From Paracoccus suum (lineage in GTDB: Bacteria > Pseudomonadota > Alphaproteobacteria > Rhodobacterales > Rhodobacteraceae): 32,000 nucleotides of DNA. Below, piece by piece: positions 1 to 9,014 of the stretch; the stretch's first letter is position 1; each line of letters begins with the position of its first letter. The DNA is taken from NCBI RefSeq assembly GCF_003324675.1, contig NZ_CP030918.1, positions 2,850,001 through 2,882,000 of the forward strand. Reading direction: 5' to 3'. The notes under the pieces were generated by a model, which did not search any database, was not told the origin of the DNA, and saw only the letters and a list, made by a program, of their open reading frames with translations. Made by a program: the position numbers and the translations under genes.

Positions 1-114
1 CGTATCAGCCATGACATCCGTGCCGAGGCGCAAAAGGATGGCATGGCGGCGATGGCCGAGAAGTTTCGCGAAACGGGCAAGCTGTATGTGCCCACCGCGG
101 ACGGCACGGCATGA
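1..114 (+). CDS. thiC: Phosphomethylpyrimidine synthase ThiC, C-terminal fragment (5' end lies outside the window)
   Basis: Frame 1 reads [37 protein letters not shown]. This resembles the conserved ThiC C-terminal tail as I remember it. The TGA at 112-114 overlaps the thiO ATG (ATGA), and the operon context fits. Confidence 0.8.
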   Translation, partial: RISHDIRAEAQKDGMAAMAEKFRETGKLYVPTADGTA

Positions 115-1073
115 TCACCGTGCTGGGCGCTGGCGTCGCGGGGCTGTGCGCCGCGACCGCCCTCGCCGAGCGGGGGGTGCGGGTGCAGGTCCTGGACCGC
201 GCACCGGAAGGCTCGGGGGCAAGCTGGCTGGCAGGCGGCATGCTCGCCCCCTTTGCCGAGGGCGAGAGCGCCCCTGCCAAGGTGGCGTTGCTCGGTGCAA
301 GTGCCGCCGACTGGTGGCACGCGCGAACCCCAGGGGTCGCGCGGCACGGGACTCTGGTCCTCGCCCCGGCGCGCGATCGGGCAGAACTGGACCGCTTCGC
401 CGCGCGCACAGAGGGCCATGAGCGGATCGATGCAGACCGGATCGCGGAGCTGGAGCCTGACCTGGCGGGCCGGTTCCGGAGCGCACTGTTCTATGCCGGC
501 GAAGCGCATCTCGACCCGCGTCTTGCCCTGACCGCCCTCGCCGATGGCCTGCGTGGGCGGGGGGTACAGATCCGCTACGGCGTGCAAACGGCACCCGATG
601 GCGCGGATATCGACTGCCGCGGCCTCGCGGCGCGTGATGTCCTGCCCGACCTTCGCGCCGTGCGGGGCGAGATGCTGCTGCTGCGCTGCCCGGATGTGAC
701 CCTCAGCCGGCCCGTGCGGCTGCTGCACCCGCGGTTTCCGGTCTATATCGTGCCGCGCGGCGCCGGCCTTTTCATGGTCGGCGCAACGATGGTCGAGACC
801 GACGCTGCCGGCCCCATCACCCTGCGCAGCGCGATGGAACTGATGGCAGCGGCGTTCGCCGTCCACCCGGGTTTTGCCGAGGCCGCAATCGTCGAGACGG
901 GCGTCGGCCTGCGCCCAGCCTTTCCCGACAACGTGCCGCGCATTCGTACGGCGGGAGGCCGCCTGCATCTGAATGGGCTCTACCGCCACGGCTTTCTCAC
1001 GGCGCCGGCGCTGGCCGAACAACTGGCCGATGCGTTCCTCGCCGCACGACAGGAGGTTTGCCTTGCAAATTGA
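111..1073 (+). CDS. thiO: FAD-dependent glycine oxidase ThiO
   Basis: 320-aa ORF with an N-terminal dinucleotide fold ([30 protein letters not shown]). It sits between thiC and thiS-thiG, as in aerobic thi operons. Confidence 0.85.
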   Translation: MITVLGAGVAGLCAATALAERGVRVQVLDRAPEGSGASWLAGGMLAPFAEGESAPAKVALLGASAADWWHARTPGVARHGTLVLAPARDRAELDRFAARTEGHERIDADRIAELEPDLAGRFRSALFYAGEAHLDPRLALTALADGLRGRGVQIRYGVQTAPDGADIDCRGLAARDVLPDLRAVRGEMLLLRCPDVTLSRPVRLLHPRFPVYIVPRGAGLFMVGATMVETDAAGPITLRSAMELMAAAFAVHPGFAEAAIVETGVGLRPAFPDNVPRIRTAGGRLHLNGLYRHGFLTAPALAEQLADAFLAARQEVCLAN

Positions 1074-1260
1074 TCTGAACGGAACGCCTTTCACCGTAGG
1101 CGCCAGCAGCCTCGCGGATGCGCTGACCGAACTGGGCTACAGCGGGCACGCGCTCGCCACGGCCCTCAACGGCAAGTTCGTGCCTGCTGCCGCCCGGCCC
1201 GTGACCGCACTGCGCGACGGGGACAGGGTCGAGGTGCTGGCCCCAATGCAAGGGGGCTAG
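1063..1260 (+). CDS. thiS: Sulfur-carrier protein ThiS
   Basis: 65 aa, (M)QIDLNGTPF...[10 protein letters not shown], ending in the diagnostic Gly-Gly. The start is TTG at 1063, with AGGAGG at 1051-1056 six nt upstream. It overlaps the thiO 3' end by 11 nt. The longer 973-start ORF in the track is an artefact. Confidence 0.85.
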   Translation: MQIDLNGTPFTVGASSLADALTELGYSGHALATALNGKFVPAAARPVTALRDGDRVEVLAPMQGG

Positions 1261-1262
1261 CG

Positions 1263-2057
1263 ATGCGGCTTTACGACGTCGAGTTGTCCTCGCGCCTGCT
1301 GCTCGGGACCGCGCAATATCCCTCGCCCCAAGTGCTGACGGATGCCATCGCAGCCTCGGGCTGCGGGGTCGTCACCGTGTCGCTGCGCCGCGAGGCTGCG
1401 GGTGCCGGGACCGGGGTCGGCGGTGCGGGCTTCTGGTCGCTGCTGCAGGGTTGCAGCGCGCGGATGCTGCCAAACACCGCCGGCTGCACCACCGCGCGCG
1501 AGGCGATCACCACGGCCCATATGGCGCGCGAAGTGTTCGGCACGCCCTGGATCAAGCTGGAGGTAATCGGCAACGCGGACACGCTGCAACCCGACCCCTT
1601 CGCGTTGGTCGAGGCCGCCCGGACCCTCTGCGCCGAGGGTTTCGAAGTGTTCCCCTACACCACCGAAGACCTGATCGTGGCCGAGCATCTGCTGGATGCC
1701 GGTTGCCGGGTCCTGATGCCCTGGGGGGCGCCCATCGGCTCGGGTCAGGGGCTGCGCCACGCGGATGCGCTGGCGGCGATGCGTGCGCATTTCCCGGCGG
1801 TGCCGCTGATCATCGACGCAGGCCTGGGCGCCCCGAGCCAGGCGGCGCGAGCGATGGAAATGGGCTTTGACGCGGTCCTGCTGAACACGGCCGTCGCCAA
1901 GGCCGGCGATCCGGTGGAAATGGCGCGCGCCTTTGGCCAGGCTGTCACGGCCGGGCGCACCGCCTTCGAGGCCGGGCTGATGCCGCCCCGCGACATGGCC
2001 GCGCCATCCACCCCAGTGCTGGGCATGGCCGATCTGGCCCTATGGGACACGGCATGA
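1263..2057 (+). CDS. thiG: Thiazole synthase ThiG
   Basis: 264 aa, typical ThiG length and sequence ([11 protein letters not shown]..., [25 protein letters not shown]). It starts 2 nt after the thiS stop. Confidence 0.95.
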   Translation: MRLYDVELSSRLLLGTAQYPSPQVLTDAIAASGCGVVTVSLRREAAGAGTGVGGAGFWSLLQGCSARMLPNTAGCTTAREAITTAHMAREVFGTPWIKLEVIGNADTLQPDPFALVEAARTLCAEGFEVFPYTTEDLIVAEHLLDAGCRVLMPWGAPIGSGQGLRHADALAAMRAHFPAVPLIIDAGLGAPSQAARAMEMGFDAVLLNTAVAKAGDPVEMARAFGQAVTAGRTAFEAGLMPPRDMAAPSTPVLGMADLALWDTA

Positions 2058-2647
2058 GCCTGCCCCGCTTCTACCCCGTGCTACCCGACGCCGCCATGAT
2101 CGCGCGGCTGGTTCCCTCGGGGGTCAAGCTGGTCCAGCTGCGCTTCAAGGGTGACGCCGCAGAGGTGCGGGACCAGATCGCAGCCTCGACGGCGGTCTGC
2201 GCCCGGCATGGCGCGCAACTGGTTGTCAACGATCACTGGCAGGCGGCGCTGGATCTGGGCGCCTCGTTCATCCACCTGGGGCAAGAGGATCTGGACACCG
2301 CTGATACGGCTGCGATCGCTCGCGCCGGCGCGCGCCTTGGGGTATCGACCCACGACCGCGCCGAGCTTGACCGCGCCCTCAGCCTGCGCCCGGCCTATAT
2401 CGCGCTGGGACCGATCTGGCCGACGCTGCTGAAAAAAATGCCGTGGCGGCCGCAGGGGCTGGAAAAGCTGACCCGCTGGAAGGCCCGTATTGGTGACATC
2501 CCACTGGTCGCCATCGGCGGGCTGACCCCCGCGCGCCTGCCCGAGGTGCTGGCCGCCGGCGCCGATGTCGCGGCGGTGGTCACCGATCTGATCGCCGCCC
2601 CAGACCCCGAGGCGCAGACCCGCGCCTGGATCGAGGCCGCCGGATGA
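2054..2647 (+). CDS. thiE: Thiamine-phosphate synthase ThiE
   Basis: The sequence [12 protein letters not shown]...GPIWPT..K...VAIGG is ThiE-like. I prefer the ATG at 2054 because it forms an ATGA overlap with the thiG stop. The track ORF starts at 2042. Confidence 0.9.
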   Translation: MSLPRFYPVLPDAAMIARLVPSGVKLVQLRFKGDAAEVRDQIAASTAVCARHGAQLVVNDHWQAALDLGASFIHLGQEDLDTADTAAIARAGARLGVSTHDRAELDRALSLRPAYIALGPIWPTLLKKMPWRPQGLEKLTRWKARIGDIPLVAIGGLTPARLPEVLAAGADVAAVVTDLIAAPDPEAQTRAWIEAAG

Positions 2648-3594
2648 ACCGCTATGCCCGCCAGCAGCAGGTTCCCGGCGTCGGCCCCGAGGGACAGGCG
2701 CGCCTCGCCGCCGCACATGTGCTGGTCGTCGGCGCGGGCGGCCTCGGCTGCACGGCGATCCCGGCGCTGGCGGCGGCCGGGGTTGGACGACTGACCATCG
2801 CCGACCCGGATGTGATCGAGTTGACGAACCTGCACCGCCAGACCCTCTTCACCACGGCGGATATCGGCCAGCCCAAGGCGACCATCGCCGCCAAGCGCGC
2901 CTGCGCGCTGGGGCCGGACTGCGAGGTCAGGGCGCTGCTGGTGCGGGTCGATCCGGCCACTGCAGAGGACCTGATCGCGGCGGTGGATGTGGTGATCGAC
3001 GCCGCGGACAGCTTTGCCGTGACCTACACCTTGTCCGACCTCTGTCGGGGGGCTGGAAAGCCGATGATCTCGGCATCCGTCGTCGGCCGGTCGGGCTATG
3101 CCGGCGCGTTCTGCGGCACCGCACCCAGTTATCGCGCGGTGTTTCCCGATCTGCCAGCGCAGGCCGCGAGTTGCTCTACTGCTGGCGTGCTTGGACCAGT
3201 GGTGGCGAGCCTCGGGGCCATCCAGGCCCAGATGGCCCTGGCGCTGCTGATCGGGCTGGAGCCGTCGCCGCTTGGCAGGGTCGTCACCTTGGACATGGCG
3301 ACATGGCGGTTCGGCAGTTTTGACTTCGACGGGGCGAGCGAGGCCCCGGGCTTCGGCTTTGTCGCGGCCTCGCAAGTTGCGCCCGGGGATACCGTCATCG
3401 ACCTGCGCGCAACGGAAAGCATCCGGCCCCTACCCGGCGCAATCGTCCTTGCGCCAGATTCGCTGCCGGACTGGCAGTTTCCGCCCGGTCGGGTGGTGCT
3501 GTGCTGCTCGACCGGGTTGCGCGCCTGGCGCGGCGCGCAGGTTCTCGCCAAGCGCGGGGCCGCGGACCTCGCGCTGCTGGCGGATGGACAATGA
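2644..3594 (+). CDS. thiF: ThiS/MoaD-adenylyltransferase (ThiF/MoeB family) with a C-terminal rhodanese-like domain
   Basis: The N-terminus YARQQQVPGVGPEGQARLAAAHVLVVGAGGLGC is an E1-like adenylation fold. The C-terminal ~90 aa carry a rhodanese-type loop (VVLCCSTGLRAWRG, C-x2-G-x-R). ATGA overlaps occur at both ends. Confidence 0.85.
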   Translation: MNRYARQQQVPGVGPEGQARLAAAHVLVVGAGGLGCTAIPALAAAGVGRLTIADPDVIELTNLHRQTLFTTADIGQPKATIAAKRACALGPDCEVRALLVRVDPATAEDLIAAVDVVIDAADSFAVTYTLSDLCRGAGKPMISASVVGRSGYAGAFCGTAPSYRAVFPDLPAQAASCSTAGVLGPVVASLGAIQAQMALALLIGLEPSPLGRVVTLDMATWRFGSFDFDGASEAPGFGFVAASQVAPGDTVIDLRATESIRPLPGAIVLAPDSLPDWQFPPGRVVLCCSTGLRAWRGAQVLAKRGAADLALLADGQ

Positions 3595-4289
3595 CCGTCC
3601 TGCTGATCGGCGGGCTCGACAGTTCGGCCGGGGCGGGTCTGGCGCGCGATCTGGTCGTGCTCGCGGATCATGGGGTGGCGGCGCGCGTGGCCGCCACGGC
3701 GGTGACGGCACAGGACCCGGCCGGGGGATGCGTCATCCACCCGGCGCCGCCCGCCATAGTCGCGGCCCAGATCGCCGCCGCCGGTCAGGTTCGGGCGGCG
3801 AAGATCGGCATGCTGGCCAATGCAGATATCGTTTCCGCGGTTGCTGACGCGCTGCCGGATGTGCCGTTCGTCCTCGACCCGGTGCTCGCGACCAGCGCCG
3901 GGGCCGCGCTGATCGACGGCGTCGGGCAGAACGCCATGATCACGCAACTGTTTTCACGCGCGGCGCTGATTACGCCCAACCTGCCCGAGGCCGCCGCGCT
4001 GACCGGCCTCTCGCCCGACGCATCGCGGGAGGCATTGGCCGATGCCCTGCACAACATGGGCGCGCGCGCCGTACTGCTGAAAGGCGGCCACGCCGAGAGC
4101 ACGGAGGCGGTCGATTGGCTGTTCCGCCCGAACGCTGCGCCGGTCAGATTTGCCGCGCCACGCAAGCCGGGCACCCGTCGTGGCACGGGTTGCACGCTGG
4201 CCAGCGCCATCGCTGCTCGCCTCTCACGCGGTGACGGTTTGGAAACCGCCTGCGGTCAATCAAAGCGGTATCTAAGCGATTGGTTGTAG
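3591..4289 (+). CDS. thiD: Hydroxymethylpyrimidine/phosphomethylpyrimidine kinase ThiD
   Basis: MTVLLIGGLDSSAGAGLARD...GTGCTLASAIAARL are PfkB/ThiD motifs. The ATG at 3591 overlaps the thiF stop (ATGA). The track ORF that starts at 3501 is an upstream extension inside thiF. Confidence 0.85.
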   Translation: MTVLLIGGLDSSAGAGLARDLVVLADHGVAARVAATAVTAQDPAGGCVIHPAPPAIVAAQIAAAGQVRAAKIGMLANADIVSAVADALPDVPFVLDPVLATSAGAALIDGVGQNAMITQLFSRAALITPNLPEAAALTGLSPDASREALADALHNMGARAVLLKGGHAESTEAVDWLFRPNAAPVRFAAPRKPGTRRGTGCTLASAIAARLSRGDGLETACGQSKRYLSDWL

Positions 4290-4360
4290 CATTCACACCG
4301 TTGGGGGCGACTGCGGCGCTCGCCCAACCCGGGCGTCTAGCCGTGCAACTCGGGGCCGCG

Positions 4361-5098
4361 TCAGCCGGTAAACCCAAACGCCCGCGCCAGCAGAACGATG
4401 GCCGACAGCGTCGATACCGTCAGGATCACCAGCCGCACCTGACCCTTGTCCATCATCCGCCGTCCCCAGCCAGAAAACAGAAAGCCCAGGAACGCGAACG
4501 GCAGCATCGTTGCCGCCAGGGCGAGGTCGCGCAGGCCGTAACGGCCGGCCCAGATCAGCGCCCCGACCGACATCAGGCTGCCCAGCACGAAGAACGCATT
4601 GAGCGTTGCCCGCATCCGCGCGCCGCCGGTGTTCTGGTAGACCAGCGCCATCGGCGGCGCGCCAATCGAGGTCAGCGTGCCCATAAAGCCCGAGGTTGCA
4701 CCGGCGATGAACAGGTTGCGGGCGCTCGGCCTGACGTGCCAGCCGGACAGGCTCAGGCCGACAGCCAGCAAAACGCCCAGTCCAAAGATCGCCGCGAAGG
4801 CCTCGGGCGCCAGCATGCCAAGCACCAGCGCGGCGGCCATCACCGCGACCAGCCGTCCTGACAGCGCCGCAAGAAGATCGCGGCGGTGAATGTCGGAGTG
4901 CTCGACCAGCGCGCCGCCGATGCTGACCACCATGGCCAGCGTGATCATCGCGCCGGGGACAAAGGACGGGATCATGATGGCGAGCACTGGCGCGGCGAGC
5001 ATGTTGAAGCCAAAGCCGGTCGACCCCTGGATCGCGCCCGCCGCGACCAGGACCAGTGCAGAGACAAGCCCGGGCCAACTGAGAAGCAGATCGATCAC
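4361..5098 (-). CDS. TauE/SafE (DUF81/TSUP) family membrane protein, putative anion exporter
   Basis: 245 aa, very hydrophobic. The N-terminus LVAAGAIQGSTGFGFNMLAAPVL is typical of the family. The GTG start at 5096-5098 overlaps the TGA of the upstream ATPase (GTGA). Confidence 0.8.
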   Translation of the reverse strand: MIDLLLSWPGLVSALVLVAAGAIQGSTGFGFNMLAAPVLAIMIPSFVPGAMITLAMVVSIGGALVEHSDIHRRDLLAALSGRLVAVMAAALVLGMLAPEAFAAIFGLGVLLAVGLSLSGWHVRPSARNLFIAGATSGFMGTLTSIGAPPMALVYQNTGGARMRATLNAFFVLGSLMSVGALIWAGRYGLRDLALAATMLPFAFLGFLFSGWGRRMMDKGQVRLVILTVSTLSAIVLLARAFGFTG

Positions 5099-6084
5099 GG
5101 CCCGTTTCGATTCCAGCAGGCGGCAAGGTGATCAGGCGTCTTGCGCTCCAGCGGGGGCGCTTCGATCCGACACTGCTCGGTTGCCAGCGGGCAGCGCGGG
5201 TGGAACCGGCATCCGGCGGGCGGCCGGGCGATGTCCACCGGCTCGCCCGGGTTCACAATGCGCGTTCGGGCCCGCTGCAGGCGCGGGTTCGCTACCGGCA
5301 CAGCCGACAGTAGGGAAACGGTGTAGGGATGGATCGGGGACTGATAGATAGCCTCTCTCGGCGCGATTTCGACAATGCGCCCTGCATACATGATGGCGAC
5401 GCGGTGCGAGATATGGCGCACCACAGACAGGTCGTGGGCGATGAAAAGATAAGAAATCCCCAGATCGCGCTGCAAGTCCTGCATCAGGTTGACCACCTGC
5501 GCGCGGACCGAGACATCGAGCGCCGAGACCGGCTCGTCTGCGACGATAAGCCGGGGGTTCAGCGCAAGGGCGCGGGCGATGCCGATCCGCTGGCGCTGTC
5601 CGCCCGAATAGCTGTGCGGGTAGCGTTCCGCTGCGTCGCTGGGCAGGCCAACCCGGTCCAGCAACTCGCGAATGCGCGGGGCCGCCTCCGCAGTGCTGCG
5701 CACGAGGCCATGCACAATCAGCGGCTCTGCCAGAATGTCGGCCACCCGCATGCGCGGGTTCAGCGAGGTGTAGGGGTCTTGCAAGACAAGCTGCATATGC
5801 GCGCGCAACCGGCGCAGCGGCTCGCCCGTCAGGCGGGTGATGTCCTGCCCCTGAAAGCGGATGCGCCCCTCGGCGGCTGGGATGCGGCGCAGGACCGCGC
5901 GCCCGACCGTGGTCTTGCCCGAGCCGGACTCGCCCACCAGTCCCAGCGTCTCGCCGGGTGCCACGTCGAAGCTGACGTCTGACACCGCGCGCACCGAATG
6001 CCGCTTGAAGAGTCCGGCGCGCGCCAGCGCGTAATCGACGCTGAGGCCCTCGACTGACAGAGTGCTGGCAGACCCCACGCTCAT
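5095..6084 (-). CDS. Peptide-type ABC transporter ATP-binding protein (DppF/OppF-like)
   Basis: Walker A GESGSGKTT, signature YSGGQRQR, Walker B LIVADEPVSALD, and a C-terminal Cys-containing oligopeptide domain (PPAGCRFHPRCP). I chose the start MSVGSAST at 6084, which forms an ATGA overlap with the upstream gene. Confidence 0.9.
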   Translation of the reverse strand: MSVGSASTLSVEGLSVDYALARAGLFKRHSVRAVSDVSFDVAPGETLGLVGESGSGKTTVGRAVLRRIPAAEGRIRFQGQDITRLTGEPLRRLRAHMQLVLQDPYTSLNPRMRVADILAEPLIVHGLVRSTAEAAPRIRELLDRVGLPSDAAERYPHSYSGGQRQRIGIARALALNPRLIVADEPVSALDVSVRAQVVNLMQDLQRDLGISYLFIAHDLSVVRHISHRVAIMYAGRIVEIAPREAIYQSPIHPYTVSLLSAVPVANPRLQRARTRIVNPGEPVDIARPPAGCRFHPRCPLATEQCRIEAPPLERKTPDHLAACWNRNGP

Positions 6085-7070
6085 GCGGCGCCCCAGGCGG
6101 GCGTGCCCGCCTTGCGGCAGGCGACCCACCCTTCGCCATTTGGCAGCAGCCTTTGCGGCGCCTGGCACAGGGGATCGCCTATGGGGCAACGCGGCAGAAA
6201 CGGGCATCCCGGCGGCGGGTGCAACAGGCTGGGCGGGCTGCCGTCGATCGCGACCAGCCGCGCCTGCTGATCCTCGAGGCTGGGGGTCGAGCGGATCAGG
6301 CCCTGTGTGTAGGGATGCGCGGGCGCCTCGAATATCTGGTCCACGCCGCCCGTCTCGACAATGCGGCCGGCATACATGACGGCAACCCGGTGGCAGAGGC
6401 CGGCCACCACGCCGAGGTCATGGGTGATCAGCACGATGGCGAGGCCAAGTTGCTTTTGCAGTCGGTCGAGCAGTTCAAGGATCTGCGCCTGGATCGTGAC
6501 GTCGAGCGCGGTGGTCGGCTCGTCCGCGATCAGCAGCTTGGGCTCGCAGGCGATGGCCATGGCGATCATCACCCGCTGGCGCATGCCGCCAGACAGCTCA
6601 TGCGGGAACTGACTCAGCCGGCGGAGGGGGCCGGCGATTCCGACCTCGGCCAGCAGCTCTGCCGCTCGGGTGCGGGCCTGCGCATGGGTCAGGCCGCCGT
6701 GCAATTCCATCACCTCGCAGAGCTGCGCGCCGACGGTCATGAGCGGATTCAACGAGGTCATGGGGTTCTGGAAGATCAGCGAGATTTCCTTGCCCCAGAT
6801 CGCGCGCCCTCGAGCGGCAGCGCCGGGACCGGTCAGGTCGACGCCGCGCCAGCGCGCTGCCCCGCCTTCGATCCTGCCGGGCGCATCGATTAGGCCCATG
6901 ATCGCCTGGGCGGTCACGCTCTTGCCCGAGCCGGATTCGCCGACGATCCCCAAGGTCTCGCCTTCGGACACGGTAAAATCGACGCCGCGCAAGGCAGAAA
7001 CAGTCCCGGCGCGGGTGTCGAAGGCGACCTGCAGGTTGTCCACCTGCAACAAGGGGACGGGCGCGCTCAT
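6081..7070 (-). CDS. Peptide-type ABC transporter ATP-binding protein (DppD/OppD-like)
   Basis: [17 protein letters not shown]..., [29 protein letters not shown], and C-terminal [12 protein letters not shown]. The ATG at 7068-7070 overlaps the permease stop (ATGA). The 488-aa track ORF is an artefactual extension. Confidence 0.9.
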   Translation of the reverse strand: MSAPVPLLQVDNLQVAFDTRAGTVSALRGVDFTVSEGETLGIVGESGSGKSVTAQAIMGLIDAPGRIEGGAARWRGVDLTGPGAAARGRAIWGKEISLIFQNPMTSLNPLMTVGAQLCEVMELHGGLTHAQARTRAAELLAEVGIAGPLRRLSQFPHELSGGMRQRVMIAMAIACEPKLLIADEPTTALDVTIQAQILELLDRLQKQLGLAIVLITHDLGVVAGLCHRVAVMYAGRIVETGGVDQIFEAPAHPYTQGLIRSTPSLEDQQARLVAIDGSPPSLLHPPPGCPFLPRCPIGDPLCQAPQRLLPNGEGWVACRKAGTPAWGAA

Positions 7071-8053
7071 GGTTGCGGGACCGGTCTGGTCCGGCGGCGA
7101 CGTGCCGTGATGCGCCGGGCAAAGCGCTTTTCCCGCTCCTCCGGGTCTGTGGTCACGCGCAGCCAGTTGGCAAAGAGGTTCAGCGACAGCACGGTCGCGA
7201 CGATCGCGAGGCCGGGAAAGGTCACCAGCCACCAGGCGATGAACAAATAGTCGCGCCCCGACGCCACATCGAGGCCCCAGGAGGTCTGGGGCGGCTGCAC
7301 CCCGAAGCCGAGGAACGAGACCGCGGCCTCGGCCAGAATGATGTTGGTGAACTCCAGGATGGCGAGGGTCATCAGCGCCGAGACGAGGTTCGGCAGGATG
7401 TGGCGAATGATGACCCGGCCGGGACGGCAGCCGACGATCTCGGCCGCCTCGACATAGGGTAGCGCGCGGGTGCTGGACACCACGTTGCGCACCAGGCGGG
7501 CGTAGACCATCCAGTTCGTGATCGCCAGAACACCGACCAACGTCCACACGCCCGGTCCGATCACGCCGACGACCAGCAGGATCAGCAGGATTCCGGGAAA
7601 GGAAATCTGGATATCGACAAGGCGCATCAGGATGCTGTCTGTGCGCCCGCCCCGGTAACCAGCCCAGAGGCCGATCAGGGTGCCGAACGCACCCGCAATC
7701 AGGCTGGTCGCAAGGGCGATGGTCAGGGTGAGGCGCGCGCCCCAGATCAGCCGGGACAGGACATCGCGGCCGAGGTTATCCGTGCCGAGAATATGCGCCC
7801 AATTGCCGCGCGCGTCCCAGACCGGCGGCTTGAGGCGGGCGATGATCGACTGCGCGGCCGGATCATAGGGCGCCAGCAGCGGCGCGAGGATCGCGGTGCC
7901 GGCGACCAGCAGAACGACGATCAGGCTGATGAGCGCCCCCTTGTCATGCGCCAGTTCGGCGAGAAGCTGACGCCAGGGTGCCGGGTTCACGCCGCGCGGC
8001 GCGGGCGCATCCTCAGGCGTGCCCTCTGCGCCGGGCAGCGCGGGCGGGGCCAT
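7067..8053 (-). CDS. Peptide-type ABC transporter permease (DppC/OppC-like)
   Basis: 328 aa, multi-TM, with a binding-protein-dependent permease core (EAAEIVGCRPGRVIIRHILPN). TGATG junction with the upstream permease. Confidence 0.9.
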   Translation of the reverse strand: MAPPALPGAEGTPEDAPAPRGVNPAPWRQLLAELAHDKGALISLIVVLLVAGTAILAPLLAPYDPAAQSIIARLKPPVWDARGNWAHILGTDNLGRDVLSRLIWGARLTLTIALATSLIAGAFGTLIGLWAGYRGGRTDSILMRLVDIQISFPGILLILLVVGVIGPGVWTLVGVLAITNWMVYARLVRNVVSSTRALPYVEAAEIVGCRPGRVIIRHILPNLVSALMTLAILEFTNIILAEAAVSFLGFGVQPPQTSWGLDVASGRDYLFIAWWLVTFPGLAIVATVLSLNLFANWLRVTTDPEEREKRFARRITARRRRTRPVPQP

Positions 8054-8973
8054 CAGTTAAGCTCCATCCGCGGGTCGATCGCCTTGGCCACGATATCCAT
8101 GGCGATCCCGATCAGGACGACGAGGAAGGCGATGACAAAGACGATGGCCTGCATCAGGAACAGATCGCCGCGCTGGATGGCCTGCACGGCCGTCAGTCCC
8201 AAGCCCGGCCAGGCAAACACCGTCTCGACCACCACGGTATAGCCCGAAAGGGCGGTGATCAGCTCCCACCCCGAGATCGACAGAAACGGCACCAAGATGT
8301 TGCGCAGGGTGTGCACCCTCAGGATGCGCGGCAGCGTCAGGCCCTTGGCCCTCGCGGTCTTGATATAGGGCTTGTTCAGCTCGTCGATCATCGCCGCGCG
8401 CACCATCATCGTAAAGCGCGCGAGCGGGGTCAGCGCCAAGGTCAGCGCGGGCAGGACCAGATGCGCCGGCGTGCCCATGCCGGAGGTCGGCAACCACTTC
8501 AGCTTGACCGCAAAGATCATGATGAACATCAGCCCCAGCCAGAACTGCGGCATGGCAAGGCCCAGCAACCCGGCCGAGACGGTGATCCGGTCAACCATCC
8601 CGCCCGGCCGCAGGGCCGCGATGGCGCCCAGCGGTATCGACAGGACGACCGCGGTGCCAAGCCCGGCCGAGATCAGCAGCAGCGTGTTCGGCAGCCGTTC
8701 GGCCACCACGTTGATCGCCGGCCGGCGCTGCCAGAGGCTGTCGCCGAAATCCAGCGTGGCGATGTCACCGAGAAACCGCAGATATTGTTGCAGCAGTGGC
8801 TTATCGAGGCCGATCGCGGCCGAGAACTCGGTCCGCTGCGCGTCGCTGGCCGACAGCGGCAGCATCAGCGCGACCGGATCGCCCACCATTCGCGTCACCA
8901 CGAACACGATCGAAGTAACGGCCAGGACCACCAGCAGGCCCTGGACAAGGCGCTTGAGGACGAATTGCAGCAC
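8053..8973 (-). CDS. Peptide-type ABC transporter permease (DppB/OppB-like)
   Basis: (M)LQFVLKRL... parallels the E. coli DppB N-terminus MLQFILRRL. YIKTARAKGL motif present. GTG start at 8971-8973. Confidence 0.9.
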   Translation of the reverse strand: MLQFVLKRLVQGLLVVLAVTSIVFVVTRMVGDPVALMLPLSASDAQRTEFSAAIGLDKPLLQQYLRFLGDIATLDFGDSLWQRRPAINVVAERLPNTLLLISAGLGTAVVLSIPLGAIAALRPGGMVDRITVSAGLLGLAMPQFWLGLMFIMIFAVKLKWLPTSGMGTPAHLVLPALTLALTPLARFTMMVRAAMIDELNKPYIKTARAKGLTLPRILRVHTLRNILVPFLSISGWELITALSGYTVVVETVFAWPGLGLTAVQAIQRGDLFLMQAIVFVIAFLVVLIGIAMDIVAKAIDPRMELN

Positions 8974-9014
8974 TTAGGGCTATCCCTGTCGATCTGACGG
9001 CGCGCAGACGCGCG

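Noticed and set aside
1-110. Possible TPP riboswitch / THI-box leader in front of thiO.
   Set aside because: The segment is an open frame ending in a ThiC-like C-terminal tail, so it is coding. Any riboswitch would lie upstream of thiC, outside the window.
2432-2438. A7 homopolymer inside thiE, conspicuous in GC-rich DNA, as a possible slippage or phase-variation site.
   Set aside because: It encodes Lys-Lys in the conserved GPIWPT..KK region and the frame is intact on both sides. There is no evidence of a frameshift.
4300-4328. Imperfect hairpin (GTTGGG...CCCAAC) in the 71-bp convergent gap between thiD and the TauE-family gene, as a possible bidirectional terminator.
   Set aside because: The stem is interrupted after 6 bp and there is no T-tract on either strand. 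That is too weak to call.
5095-7547. N-terminally extended versions of several track ORFs: 5095-6207, 6081-7547, 3501-4289, 15324-16433, 24926-26263, 27178-28041, 22624-23904.
   Set aside because: The extensions overlap the preceding gene and lack family sequence. In each case an internal start with an RBS or an ATGA/GTGA overlap gives the canonical N-terminus.
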